A stretch of 64,000 bases of DNA from Squalus acanthias (taxonomy: Eukaryota), in contig CM059431.1 of NCBI GenBank assembly GCA_030390025.1, forward strand, positions 146,260,001 to 146,324,000, in the 5' to 3' direction. Of the stretch, positions 42,401 to 54,797 are shown one piece after another (the stretch's first letter is position 1; the number at the start of each line of letters is the position of its first letter). The notes under the pieces were generated by a model that ran no database searches, was not told where the DNA came from, and was given only the letters and a program-made list of their open reading frames with translations. The translations under genes were made by a program, and so were the position numbers.

Positions 42401-43890
42401 TGAGAAGACATTGTGTAACCCGGGGTTGATGGGCCCAGTGAGATCAGACAGTGTGTAACCCGGGGAGAATGGGCCAAGTGATATCAGTCAGTGTATAACC
42501 CGGGGCGGATGGGAACAGTGAGATCACACAATTTTTAACCCGGGGAGGTTGAGTCCAGTGTGATCAGATAGTGTGTAATCCAGGGAGGATGGGTCCTGTG
42601 AGATCAGACAGTTTGCAACGCGGGATGGATGGGCCCAGTGAGATGAGACAGTGAGTAACCCGGGGAGGATGGGCCCAGTGAGATCAGACAGTGTGTAAAC
42701 CGGGGAGGATGGGCCCAGTGAGATCAGACAGTGTGTAACCCGGGGAGAATGGGCCAAGTGAGATCAGAGAGTGCGTAACGCCGGGAGGATGGGCCCAGTG
42801 AGATCACACTGCGTGCAAACCTGGGAGGATGGATCCTGTGAGAGCAGACAGTGTGTAACCCGGGGAGGATGGGCTCAGAGAGTTCACAAAATTTTAACCC
42901 GGGGAGGATGGGCCCAGTGGGATCAGCCAGTGTATATCCCGGGCAGGAAGGGCCCAGTGAGATCAGAGAGTGTGCAACCCAGGGAGGATGGTCCCAGTGA
43001 GATCAGACTGTGTGTAACCCGTGGAGAATTGGCCAAGTGAGATCAGACAGTGTGTAAGTCGGGAGGATGGGGCCCAGTGAGGGCAGAAAGTGTGTAACTG
43101 GGGGAGGTTCGGTCCAGTGATATCAGACAGTGTGTATTCCAAACAAAATGGGCCGAGTGAGATCACAGAATTTGTAACCGGGGAATTTTGGTCCTGTGAG
43201 TGCAGACAGTGTGTAACCTGGGGAGGATGGGCCCAGTGAGATCAGACAGTGTGTAACCCGGGGAGGATGGGCGAATTGAGATCAGTCAGTGTGTAACCCG
43301 GGATGGATGGGCCCAGTGAGATCAGACAGTGTATAACCCGGGGGAGGATGGGCCCAGTGAGATCAGACAGTGGGTAACCCGGGGAGGATGGCTCCAGTTA
43401 GTTCACACAGTTTGTAACGCGGGGTGGTTGGGTCCAGTGAGATCAGACATTGGATAACCCGGGGAGGATGGGCCCAGTGAGATCAGACAGTGTGTAACCC
43501 GGGGAGGATGGGCCCAGTGAGATCAGACGTTGGATAATCCGTGGAGGATGGGCCCAGTGAGAGCAGACAGTGTGTAATCCTGGGAGGATGGATCCAGTGA
43601 GAGGAGAAAGCGTGTAATCCTGTGAGGATTGGCACAGTGAGATGAGACAGTGTGCAAGCCGAGAACGATGGGCACAGTGAGATCAGACACTGTGTAATCG
43701 GAGGAAGATGGGCACATTGAGATCATATAATGTGTAACACGGGGAGGATGGGCCCAGTGAGATCAGACAGTTGCAACCCGGATAGGATGTACCCAGTGAG
43801 ATCAGACAGTGTGTAGCCCGGGGAGGATGTGCCTAGTGAGTTCAGAGAGTGTGCAATCCGGGGAGGATGGGCCCAGTGAGATCAGACAGT
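30470..43890 (+). repeat. 6046-bp tandem duplication in the 40-bp array; the second copy carries a nested 1351-bp duplication
   Basis: Offsets of 6046 (33536/39582, 34447/40493, 35127/41173), 1351 (40060/41411, 40493/41844), 7397 (35374/42771), and 7357 after loss of one monomer (36166/43523). Confidence 0.94.
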
Positions 43891-46800
43891 GTGTAACCCG
43901 GGGAGGATGGGACCTGTGAGATCAGACAGTTTGTGAAACGGGATGGATGGGCCCAGTGAGATCAGACAGTGTGCAAACCGGGGAGGAATAGCACAGTTAG
44001 ATTAGACAGTGTGTAACCCCGGGAGGATGGACCCAGTGAGATCAGACAGTGTGTAACCCGGGGAGGATTGGTCCTGTGAGAGCAGAGAGTGTGTAATCTG
44101 GGGAGGAAGAGCACAGTGAGATCAGACAGTGTGTAACCCGCGAGGATGGGAGCTGTGAGATCAGACAGTGTGCAACGCGGGATGGATAGGCCCAGTGAGA
44201 TGAAACAGTGAGTAACCCGTGGAGGATGGGCCCAGTGAGATCAGACTGTGTGTAACCCGGGGAGGATGGGCCCAGTGAGATCAGACTGTGTGTTACCCGG
44301 GGAGAATAGACCAAGTGAGATCAGACTTAGTGTAACCCGGGGAGAATGGGCCAAGAGAGATCAGAGATTGTGTAACCCCGGGAGGATAGGCCAAGTGAGA
44401 TCACACTGCGTGCAGCCCCGGGAGGATGGGTCCTGTGAGAGCAGACAGTCAGTAATCCGGGGAGGATGGGCTCAGAGAGATCACAAAATTTTAACCCGGG
44501 GAGGATGGGCCCAGTGAAATCAAACAGTGTATATCCCGGGGAGGAAGGGCCCAGTGAGATCAGACAGTGTGCAATTCCGGGAGGATGGCTCCTGTGAGAT
44601 CAGACAGTGTGGACCCCGGGGAGGATGGGCCCAGTGAGATCAGCCTGTGTGTAACCCGTGGAGAATTGGCCAAGTGAGATCAGACTTAGTGTTAGTCGGG
44701 AGGATGGGGCCCAGTGAGGGCAGAAAGTGTGTAACCGGGAAGGTTCGGTCCAGTGATATCAGACAGTGTGTATTCCAAAGAAAATGGGCCGAAAGAGATC
44801 ACACGATTTGTAACCGGGGAATTTTGGTCCTGTGAGTGCAGACAGTGTGTAACCTGGGGAGGATGGGCCCAGTGAGATCCGACAGTGTGAAACCCGGGGA
44901 GCACGTTCCCAGTGAGATCAGATGTGTAACCCGGGGAGGATGGGCGAATTGAGATCAGTCAGTGTATAACCCGGGGAGCATGGGACCAGTGAGATCAGAC
45001 AGTCGGTAACCCGGGGAGGATGGCTCCAGTTAGATCACACTGTTTGTAACGTGGTGTGGTTGGGTCCAGTGAGATCAGACATTGGATAATCCGGGGAGGA
45101 TGGGCCCAGTCAGAGCAGACAGTGTGTAATCCTGGGAGGATGGGCCCAGTGAGATCAGACAGTGTGTAACCGGGGGAGGATGGGCCCAGTGAGATCAGAC
45201 ATTGGATAATCCGAGGAGGATGGGCCCAGTGAGAGCAATCAGTGTGTAATCCTGGGAGGATTGGCACAGTGAAAGCAAACAGTTTGTAAACTGGGGAGGA
45301 TGGATCCAGTGAGAGGAGAAAGTGTGTAATCCTGTGAGGATTGGCACAGTGAGATGAGACAGTGTGTAGCCCGGGGAGGATGTGCCCAGTGAGATCAGAG
45401 AGTGTGTAACCCGGGGAGGATGGGCCCAGTGAGATTAGAGAGTGTGTAACCCGGGGTGGATGGGCCCAGTGAGATCAGACAGTGTGTAACCCGGTGAGGA
45501 AGCGCACAGTGAGATCAGACAGTGTGTAACCCTGGGAAGGATGGGCCCAATGAGATCAGGCAGTGTTTAACCCTGGGAAGTTGGGCCCAGTGTGATCAGA
45601 CAGCGTGTCACCCGGGGAGGATGGGCCCAGTGATATCAAAGAGTTCATAGCCCGGGAAGGATGTGCCCAGTGAGATCAGAGAGTGGCAATCTAGGGCATG
45701 ATGGGACCAGTGAGTTCCGACAATATGCAACCTGGGAGGATGGGCCCAGTGAGATCAGACAGTGTGTAACCCGGGGAGGATGGGCCCAGTGAGATCAGAC
45801 AGTGTGTAACCCGGGGAGGATGGGACCAGTGAGATCAGACATTGTGTAACCCGGGGAGGATGGGTCCAGTGAAATCCGACAGTGTGTGACCGGGGGAGGA
45901 TGGGCCCCGTGAAATCAGACACTGTTTTACCCGGGATGGATGGGCCCAGTGAGATAAGACAGTGTGTAACCCGGGGAGGATGGGCCCAGTGAGATCAGAT
46001 AATATGTAACCCGGGGCGGTTGGGTCCAGTGAGATCAGTCAGTGCATATCCTGGGGAGGTAACGCCCAGTGAGATCAGACAGTGTGTAACCCGGGGAAGA
46101 TGGGTCCAGTGAGAGCAGACAGTGTCTAACCCTGGGTGGATGTGCCCAGTGAGATCAGACAGTGTGTAACCCGGGGAGGATGGGCCCAGTGAGATCAGAC
46201 AGTATGTAACCCGGGGAGGATGGGCCCAGTAAGATCAGACAATGTGTAACCCGTGGAGGAAGAGCACAGTGAGAACAGACAGTGTGTAACCCCGGGAAGG
46301 ATGGTCCCAATGAGATCAGACAGTGTTTAACCCTGGGAGGTTGGGCCCAGTGTGATCAGACAGCGTGTAACCCGGGGAGGATGGGCCCAGTGAGATCAGA
46401 GAGTGGCAATCTAGGGGATGATGGGACCAGTGAGTTCCGACAGTGAGCAACCTGGGAGGATGGCCCAGTAAGATCAGACAGTGTGTATCCCAAACAAAAT
46501 GGGCCCAGTGAGATCACACAATTTGTAACCCGGGAGTTTTGGACCTGTGAGTGCAGACAGTGTGTAACCCGGGGAGGATGGGCCCAGTGAGATCAGACAG
46601 TGGGTAACCCGGGGAGGATGGCCCAGTGAGATCCGACAGTGTGTAACCGGGGAGGATGGCCCCAGTTAGATTTCACACAGTTTGTAAATCGGGGAGGTTG
46701 GGTCCAGTGAGATCAGACATTGGATAACCCGGGGAGGATAAGCCCAGTGAGGTCACACATTGTGCAATCCTGTGAGGATTGGCACAGTGAGATCAGACAG

Positions 46801-47083
46801 TGTGTAACCCGGGGAGGATGGCCAAGTGAGACAGTGTGTCACCCGGGTTAGATGGGCCCAGTGAGATCAGACAGTGTGTAACCCGGGCAGGATGGGCCCA
46901 GTGAGATCAGATAATATGTAATCCGGGGCGGTTGGGTCCAGTGAGATCAGTCAGTGTATATCCTGGGGAGGTTGGGCCCAGTGAGATCAGACAGTGTGTA
47001 AGGCGGGATGGATGGGCCCAGTGAGATCAGACAGTGTGTAACCCGAGCGGATGGTTCCTGTAAGAGCAGAGAGTGTGTAACCC

Positions 47084-47114
47084 AGGGTAAAAGGGTTAGG
47101 GTTAGAGTTAGGGT
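47084..47114 (+). repeat. Short interstitial telomere-like (TTAGGG) tract, copy 1
   Basis: AGGGTAAAAGGGTTAGGGTTAGAGTTAGGGT replaces part of one monomer. Confidence 0.8.
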
Positions 47115-49759
47115 GAGAGCAGACAGTGTGTAACTCGGGGAGGATGGGCCCAGTGAGATGAGACAGTGTGTGACACGGGATGGATGGGCCCAGTGAGATG
47201 AGACAGTGTGTAACCCGAGCGGATGGTTCCTGTAAGAGCAGAGAGTGTGTAACCCGGGGAGGATGGGCCAAGTGAGATCAGACAGTTTGCAACATAGGGT
47301 GGATGGGCCAAGTGATATCAGACAGTGTATAACCCAGGAAGGATGTGCCCAGTGAGATCAGAGAGTGGGAAACCTGGGGAGGATGGGCCCAGTGAGTTCC
47401 GACAGTGTGCAACCTGGGAGGATGGACCAGTGAGATCAGACAGTGTGTAACCCGGGGAGGATGGGCTGAGTGAGATCAGACAATGTGCAACCCGGGGAGG
47501 TTGGGTCCTATGAGATCAGACAGTGTGTAACCCGGGGAGGATGGGCCCAGTTTGATCAGACAGTGTCTAACCCGGGGAGGATGGGCCCAGTGAGATCAGA
47601 CAGTGTGTACCCCGGCGAGGTTGGGCCCAGTGAGATCAGACAGTGTGTAACCCGGGGAGGAACACCCCAGTGAGATCAGACAGTGTGTAACCCGGGGAGG
47701 ATGAGCCCAGTGAAATCAGACACTGTGTAACCCGGGATGGATGGGCCCAGTGTGATCAGACAGTGTGTAACCCGAGGAGAATGTGCCCAGTGAGATAAGA
47801 CAGTGAGTAACCCCGGGAGGATGGGCTCAATGAGATCTGACAGAGGTTAACCCTGGGAAGTTGGGCTCAGTGAGATCAGACAGTGTGTAACATGGGGTGG
47901 ATGGGCCCAGTGAGATCAGACAGTGCGAAACTAGGGGAGGATGGGGACAGTGAGTTCCGACAGTGTGCAACCCGGGATGGATGGGCCAATGTGATCAGAC
48001 AATGTGTAACCCGACGAGAAGGGCTCCTGTGAGAGCAGACAGTGTATAACCCGGAGAGGACGGGGCCAGTGAGATCAGACAGTGTGGAACCCGGGGAGAA
48101 TGGGCCAAGTGATATCAGTCAGTGAGTAACCCGGGGAAGATGGATCCAGTGACAGCAGACAGTGTCTAACCCGGGGAGGATGGGCCCAGAGAGAGCAGAC
48201 AGTGTGTATCCCGGGGAGGATGGGCCCAGAGAGAGCAGACAGTGTGTATCCCGGGGAGGATGGGCGCAGTGAGATCAGACAGTGTGTAATCCGGGGAGGA
48301 TGGGCACAGTGAGATCAGACAGTGTGTAACCCGGGGAGGATGGGCGCAGTGAGATCAGACAGTGTGTAACCCGGGGAGGATGGGCACAGTGAGATCAGAC
48401 AGTGTGTAAGCCTGAGACGATGGGCCCAGTGAGATCACACAGTGTATAAACCTGGGAAGGATGTGCCCAGTGAGATCAGAGAGTGGGAAACTAGGGGAGG
48501 ATGGGCCCAGTGAGTTCCGACACTGTGCAAACTGGGAGGATGGTCCAGTGAGATCAGACAGTGTATAACCCGGGGAGGATGGGCCCATTGAGGTAAGACG
48601 TGTGTAAGCCTGAGACGATGGGCCCAGTGAGACCAGACAGTGTATATCCCGAGAGGAAGGGCCCAGTGAGATCAGACAGTGTGGAACCCGTGGAGGATGG
48701 GTCCTGTGAGAGCAGACAGTGTGTAACCCGGGGAGAATGGGCCAAGTGAGATCAGACAGTGTGTAACACAGGGAGGATGGATCCTTTGTAAGAAGACATT
48801 GTGTAACCCGGGGAGGATGGGTCCAGTGAGATCAGACAGTGTGTAACCCGGGGCGGTTGGGTCCAGTGAGATCAGACAGTGTGTAACCCGGGGAGGATGG
48901 TTCCTGTGAGAGCAGACAGTGTGTAACCCGGGGAGGATGGGCCCAGTGAGATCAGACAGTGTGCAATCCGGGGAGGAAGAGCCCAGTGAGATCAGACAGT
49001 GTGTAACCCTGGGAAGTTGGGCTCAGTGATATCAGACAGTGTTTAACCCTGGGAGGTTGGGCCCAGTGTGATCAGACAGCGTGTAACCCGGGGAGGATGG
49101 GCCCAGTGAGATCAGAGAGTGGCAATCTAGAGGATGATGGGACCAGTGAGTTCCGACAGTGAGCAACCTGGGAGGATGGCCCAGTAAGATCAGACAGTGT
49201 GTATCCCAAACAAAATGGGCCCAGTGAGATCACACAATTTGTAACCCGGGAGTTTTGGACCTGTGAGTGCAGACAGTGTGTAACCCGGGGAGGATGGGCC
49301 CAGTGAGATCAGACAGTGGGTAACCCGGGGAGGATGGCCCAGTGAGATCCGACAGTGTATAACCGGGGAGGATGGCCCCAGTTAGATTTCACACAGTTTG
49401 TAAATCGGGGAGGTTGGGTCCAGTGAGATCAGACATTGGATAACCCGGGGAGGATAAGCCCAGTGAGGTCACACATTGTGCAATCCTGTGAGGATTGGCA
49501 CAGTGAGATCAGACAGTGTGTAACCCGGGGAGGATGGCCAAGTGAGACAGTGTGTCACCCGGGTTAGATGGGCCCAGTGAGATCAGACAGTGTGTAACCC
49601 GGGCAGGATGGGCCCAGTGAGATCAGATAATATGTAATCCGGGGCGGTTGGGTCCAGTGAGATCAGTCAGTGTATATCCTGGGGAGGTTGGGCCCAGTGA
49701 GATCAGACAGTGTGTAACCCGAGCGGATGGTTCCTGTAAGAGCAGAGAGTGTGTAACCC

Positions 49760-49790
49760 AGGGTAAAAGGGTTAGGGTTAGAGTTAGGGT
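49760..49790 (+). repeat. Short interstitial telomere-like tract, copy 2
   Basis: Identical to 47084-47114, 2676 bp downstream. Confidence 0.8.
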
Positions 49791-52435
49791 GAGAGCAGAC
49801 AGTGTGTAACTCGGGGAGGATGGGCCCAGTGAGATGAGACAGTGTGTGACACGGGATGGATGGGCCCAGTGAGATGAGACAGTGTGTAACCCGAGCGGAT
49901 GGTTCCTGTAAGAGCAGAGAGTGTGTAACCCGGGGAGGATGGGCCAAGTGAGATCAGACAGTTTGCAACATAGGGTGGATGGGCCAAGTGATATCAGACA
50001 GTGTATAACCCAGGAAGGATGTGCCCAGTGAGATCAGAGAGTGGGAAACCTGGGGAGGATGGGCCCAGTGAGTTCCGACAGTGTGCAACCTGGGAGGATG
50101 GACCAGTGAGATCAGACAGTGTGTAACCCGGGGAGGATGGGCTGAGTGAGATCAGACAATGTGCAACCCGGGGAGGTTGGGTCCTATGAGATCAGACAGT
50201 GTGTAACCCGGGGAGGATGGGCCCAGTTTGATCAGACAGTGTCTAACCCGGGGAGGATGGGCCCAGTGAGATCAGACAGTGTGTACCCCGGGGAGGTTGG
50301 GCCCAGTGAGATCAGACAGTGTGTAACCCGGGGAGGAACACCCCAGTGAGATCAGACAGTGTGTAACCCGGGGAGGATGAGCCCAGTGAAATCAGACACT
50401 GTGTAACCCGGGATGGATGGGCCCAGTGTGATCAGACAGTGTGTAACCCGAGGAGAATGTGCCCAGTGAGATAAGACAGTGAGTAACCCCGGGAGGATGG
50501 GCTCAATGAGATCTGACAGAGGTTAACCCTGGGAAGTTGGGCTCAGTGAGATCAGACAGTGTGTAACATGGGGTGGATGGGCCCAGTGAGATCAGACAGT
50601 GCGAAACTAGGGGAGGATGGGGACAGTGAGTTCCGACAGTGTGCAACCCGGGATGGATGGGCCAATGTGATCAGACAATGTGTAACCCGACGAGAAGGGC
50701 TCCTGTGAGAGCAGACAGTGTATAACCCGGAGAGGACGGGGCCAGTGAGATCAGACAGTGTGGAACCCGGGGAGAATGGGCCAAGTGATATCAGTCAGTG
50801 AGTAACCCGGGGAAGATGGATCCAGTGACAGCAGACAGTGTCTAACCCGGGGAGGATGGGCCCAGAGAGAGCAGACAGTGTGTATCCCGGGGAGGATGGG
50901 CCCAGAGAGAGCAGACAGTGTGTATCCCGGGGAGGATGGGCGCAGTGAGATCAGACAGTGTGTAATCCGGGGAGGATGGGCACAGTGAGATCAGACAGTG
51001 TGTAACCCGGGGAGGATGGGCGCAGTGAGATCAGACAGTGTGTAACCCGGGGAGGATGGGCACAGTGAGATCAGACAGTGTGTAAGCCTGAGACGATGGG
51101 CCCAGTGAGATCACACAGTGTATAAACCTGGGAAGGATGTGCCCAGTGAGATCAGAGAGTGGGAAACTAGGGGAGGATGGGCCCAGTGAGTTCCGACACT
51201 GTGCAAACTGGGAGGATGGTCCAGTGAGATCAGACAGTGTATAACCCGGGGAGGATGGGCCCATTGAGGTAAGACGTGTGTAAGCCTGAGACGATGGGCC
51301 CAGTGAGACCAGACAGTGTATATCCCGAGAGGAAGGGCCCAGTGAGATCAGACAGTGTGGAACCCGTGGAGGATGGGTCCTGTGAGAGCAGACAGTGTGT
51401 AACCTGGGGAGAATGGGCCAAGTGAGATCAGACAGTGTGTAACACAGGGAGGATGGATCCTTTGTAAGAAGACATTGTGTAACCCGGGGAGGATGGGTCC
51501 AGTGAGATCAGACAGTGTGTAACCCGGGGCGGTTGGGTCCAGTGAGATCAGACAGTGTGTAACCCGGGGAGGATGGTTCCTGTGAGAGCAGACAGTGTGT
51601 AACCCGGGGAGGATGGGCCCAGTGAGATCAGACAGTGTGCAATCCGGGGAGGAAGAGCCCAGTGAGATCAGACAGTGTGTAACCCTGGGAAGTTGGGCTC
51701 AGTGATATCAGACAGTGTTTAACCCTGGGAGGTTGGGCCCAGTGTGATCAGACAGCGTGTAACCCGGGGAGGATGGGCCCAGTGAGATCAGAGAGTGGCA
51801 ATCTAGAGGATGATGGGACCAGTGAGTTCCGACAGTGAGCAACCTGGGAGGATGGCCCAGTAAGATCAGACAGTGTGTATCCCAAACAAAATGGGCCCAG
51901 TGAGATCACACAATTTGTAACCCGGGAGTTTTGGACCTGTGAGTGCAGACAGTGTGTAACCCGGGGAGGATGGGCCCAGTGAGATCAGACAGTGGGTAAC
52001 CCGGGGAGGATGGCCCAGTGAGATCCGACAGTGTGTAACCGGGGAGGATGGCCCCAGTTAGATTTCACACAGTTTGTAAATCGGGGAGGTTGGGTCCAGT
52101 GAGATCAGACATTGGATAACCCGGGGAGGATAAGCCCAGTGAGGTCACACATTGTGCAATCCTGTGAGGATTGGCACAGTGAGATCAGACAGTGTGTAAC
52201 CCGGGGAGGATGGCCAAGTGAGACAGTGTGTCACCCGGGTTAGATGGGCCCAGTGAGATCAGACAGTGTGTAACCCGGGCAGGATGGGCCCAGTGAGATC
52301 AGATAATATGTAATCCGGGGCGGTTGGGTCCAGTGAGATCAGTCAGTGTATATCCTGGGGAGGTTGGGCCCAGTGAGATCAGACAGTGTGTAACCCGAGC
52401 GGATGGTTCCTGTAAGAGCAGAGAGTGTGTAACCC

Positions 52436-52466
52436 AGGGTAAAAGGGTTAGGGTTAGAGTTAGGGT
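52436..52466 (+). repeat. Short interstitial telomere-like tract, copy 3
   Basis: Identical to 49760-49790, 2676 bp downstream. Confidence 0.8.
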
Positions 52467-54385
52467 GAGAGCAGACAGTGTGTAACTCGGGGAGGATGGG
52501 CCCAGTGAGATGAGACAGTGTGTGACACGGGATGGATGGGCCCAGTGAGATGAGACAGTGTGTAACCCGAGCGGATGGTTCCTGTAAGAGCAGAGAGTGT
52601 GTAACCCGGGGAGGATGGGCCAAGTGAGATCAGACAGTTTGCAACATAGGGTGGATGGGCCAAGTGATATCAGACAGTGTATAACCCAGGAAGGATGTGC
52701 CCAGTGAGATCAGAGAGTGGGAAACCTGGGGAGGATGGGCCCAGTGAGTTCCGACAGTGTGCAACCTGGGAGGATGGACCAGTGAGATCAGACAGTGTGT
52801 AACCCGGGGAGGATGGGCTGAGTGAGATCAGACAATGTGCAACCCGGGGAGGTTGGGTCCTATGAGATCAGACAGTGTGTAACCCGGGGAGGATGGGCCC
52901 AGTGTGATCAGACAGTGTCTAACCCGGGGAGGATGGGCCCAGTGAGATCAGACAGAGTGTAACCCGGGGAGGATGGGCCCAGTGAGATCAGACAGTGTGT
53001 ACCCCGGGGAGGTTGGGCCCAGTGAGATCAGACAGTGTGTAACCCGGGGAGGAACACCCCAGTGAGATCAGACAGTGTGTAACCCGGGGAGGATGAGCCC
53101 AGTGAAATCAGACACTGTGTAACCCGGGATGGATGGGCCCAGTGTGATCAGACAGTGTGTAACCCGAGGAGAATGTGCCCAGTGAGATAAGACAGTGAGT
53201 AACCCCGGGAGGATGGGCTCAATGAGATCTGACAGAGGTTAACCCTGGGAAGTTGGGCTCAGTGAGATCAGACAGTGTGTAACATGGGGTGGATGGGCCC
53301 AGTGAGATCAGACAGTGCGAAACTAGGGGAGGTTGGGGACAGTGAGTTCCGACAGTGTGCAACCCGGGATGGATGGGCCAATGTGATCAGACAATGTGTA
53401 ACCCGACGAGAAGGGCTCCTGTGAGAGCAGACAGTGTATAACCCGGAGAGGACGGGGCCAGTGAGATCAGACAGTGTGGAACCCGGGGAGAATGGGCCAA
53501 GTGATATCAGTCAGTGAGTAACCCGGGGAAGATGGATCCAGTGACAGCAGACAGTGTCTAACCCGGGGAGGATGGGCCCAGAGAGAGCAGACAGTGTGTA
53601 TCCCGGGGAGGATGGGCGCAGTGAGATCAGACAGTGTGTAAGCCTGAGACGATGGGCCCAGTGAGATCACACAGTGTATAAACCTGGGAAGGATGTGCCC
53701 AGTGAGATCAGAGAGTGGGAAACTAGGGGAGGATGGGCCCAGTGAGTTCCGACACTGTGCAAACTGGGAGGATGGTCCAGTGAGATCAGACAGTGTATAA
53801 CCCGGGGAGGATGGGCCCATTGAGGTAAGACGTGTGTAAGCCTGAGACGATGGGCCCAGTGAGACCAGACAGTGTATATCCCGAGAGGAAGGGCCCAGTG
53901 AGATCAGACAGTGTGGAACCCGTGGAGGATGGGTCCTGTGAGAGCAGACAGTGTGTAACCTGGGGAGAATGGGCCAAGTGAGATCAGACAGTGTGTAACA
54001 CAGGGAGGATGGATCCTTTGTAAGAAGACATTGTGTAACCCGGGGAGGATGGGTCCAGTGAGATCAGACAGTGTGTAACCCGGGGCGGTTGGGTCCAGTG
54101 AGATCAGACAGTGTGTAACCCGGGGAGGATGGGCCCAGTGAGATCAGACAGTGTGCAATCCGGGGAGGAAGAGCCCAGTGAGATCAGACAGTGTGTAACC
54201 CTGGGAAGTTGGGCTCAGTGATATCAGACAGTGTGTAACATGGGGTGGATGGGCCCGGTGAGAACAGACAGTGTGTAACCCTGGGAAGTTGGGCTCAGTG
54301 AGATCAGACAGTGTGTAACATAGTTGGATGGGCCCAGTGAGATCAGACAGTGTGTAGCATGGGGAGGATGTGCCCAATGAGATCA

Positions 54386-54797
54386 TGATGCGGAGATGCC
54401 GGTTTTGGACTGGGGTGGACAAAAATGAGAAGTCGCACAACACCAGGTTATAGTCTAACAGATTTATTTAAAATTACAAGCTTTTGGAGCTGTTGCCCCT
54501 TCGTCAGGTAAAGGTACAATGAGGGAATCTACAGTATTATCAGTATATAAACACAGAAAGCAATTTGTCTGCAGAGATACAATCTTTCAGGGAGGCATTA
54601 CATCAAAGACACACCAGAGCACAGCCAAGACAATGGGATGGGTCACAGGGGGTCCAACGTGACAAATCCTGCCGTCTGCAGTTGATCTTTTAACCTTTTT
54701 TTTTGTTTGTTTGTTTTTCGTGTTTTTTTGTGTTTTTTGTTAAAACTGGAAAGACAGACAACGATGTCGAGTCACGTTCTGTGTGATATACACAGGT
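54386..54797 (-). mobile_element. ~410-bp insertion in the satellite; its left part resembles a Penelope-like element terminus
   Basis: Non-satellite sequence. The minus strand reads a hammerhead-like motif, then AATAAA (54463-54468), then ...TTGTCCACCCCAGTCCAAAACCGGCATCTCCGCATCA, an arrangement recalled from Penelope-like termini. A T-rich tract lies at about 54686-54741. The family assignment is from recognition, not a search. Confidence 0.65.
54474..54511 (-). ncRNA. Degenerate minimal type I hammerhead ribozyme motif
   Basis: Minus strand UUAC-CUGACGA-A-GGGGC-AACA-GCUCC-AAAA-GCUU-GUAA: stem I UUAC/GUAA, stem II GGGGC/GCUCC, core CUGACGA intact, GAAA changed to AAAA. Confidence 0.6.

Larger units (their letters stand above)
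46321..54228 (+). repeat. Three-copy ~2.68-kb higher-order repeat in the 40-bp array
   Basis: Copies start at about 46321, 49037 and 51713 (lengths 2716, 2676, 2516, differing by whole 40-mers). The marker insert GGGTTAGGGTTAGAGTTAGGG recurs with period 2676. Confidence 0.94.
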
